From Octopus bimaculoides (taxonomy: Eukaryota), in assembly GCF_001194135.2 (NCBI RefSeq), contig NC_068986.1, positions 6,760,397-6,824,396 of the forward strand: a DNA stretch of 64,000 bases, in the 5' to 3' direction. The translations under genes were made by a program, and so were the position numbers. The notes under the pieces were generated by a model, which searched no databases, had not been told where the DNA came from, and worked only from the letters and a program-made list of their open reading frames with translations. Below, in pieces: positions 63,201 to 64,000 of this stretch (position 1 is the first letter of the stretch; each line of letters starts with the position of its first letter).

Positions 63201-64000
63201 TGATCAAAGGCATTCCTGCCATGACCATCCCATCTTTTTCTTGAATGTAAGGAACCCTGGACCACATTATCTGAAGCACTTTTTTTGTAGAGAGGTATGA
63301 TCTGAAGGACATTTGGTGGTTATATCAAGCGGGTTGAGCAACCATGCAGAGCGTTTTTATTTTTTGTATGAATAGTAAAATTCAACAAAAAGTTTTTGTA
63401 AAATTTTAGAAAAGTTTTTGAAGCCAAAAATGAAAAAGTTACACAATAAAGAGAGAGACAAATGACTGTTTTATTCAATTGTTTATGAGTACAAATTATG
63501 AACAGAGCAGTCTTAACAGCATTATAGCCCCTCCACCCACACTCCAAGCAATGCCCTGTACACACAACCACTGCATGATTAATATTGAACCCTGCAGACT
63601 GGTAGACAAAAAAAAAAAAAAATCCATAATATTTTTAGAAGTAAATTCTCCACTTTCTCACCCAATAATTTCTACCGCCTCTATCAACAATATTTATGTA
63701 AAATAAACTTTAATGCCATCACCACACACAATGACAGAAATACCATTTTTTGTTATCTCATCAGATATTCTCTAGAAAATAGACCCAGCACTGATTTTTG
63801 TTACATTTCATATCCGAGACGTCAGAGTCGAAGGAGTAATGGGCATATATGCCATGTTTCAGCGGGTTTTGCCCCTTCATCAGCATGCATTTAATCCTTT
63901 AACCATCCTAGAACACATTGCTTAATAAAAGTTGTATATAATGGTGTGGAAGGCAAAGATCATGGACTGCACCCCCTTTGCGTTTTTTTTTTTTTTTTTT

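Overview
AT-rich, intron-rich eukaryotic DNA. The (CAT)n-tailed RTE LINE remnants and tRNA-derived SINEs look like those of Octopus (inferred from repeat style, no database search). Two protein-coding genes converge tail-to-tail with stops about 2.3 kb apart. (1) Plus strand: the last four exons (5291-14532) of a gene I cannot name, whose low-complexity C-terminus carries 11 PRG[M/A] tetrapeptide repeats. (2) Minus strand: a Tectonic-family gene most similar to TCTN2, rebuilt by hand from GT-AG sites and phase matching. A 19-exon chain from 58698 to the stop at 16848 gives about 998 aa; two of its micro-exons are tentative. Further exons lie upstream to at least 60386, and no start codon or signal peptide was found. 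The N-terminal ectodomain is unusually long and appears built from repeated 80-115 aa modules with a V-x-V-x-C motif. Introns are packed with decayed mobile DNA: RTE, CR1/Jockey-like and Penelope-like retroelements, SINEs, two mariner remnants, Helitron pieces, a Gypsy LTR-PBS-gag stub and two solo LTRs with 4-bp TSDs. No CRISPR array, rRNA or genuine tRNA gene is supported. I see no evidence of a wholly new multi-gene system. The best leads are the extended Tectonic ectodomain, the PRGM repeat exon and two transposon hairpins with compensatory substitutions.
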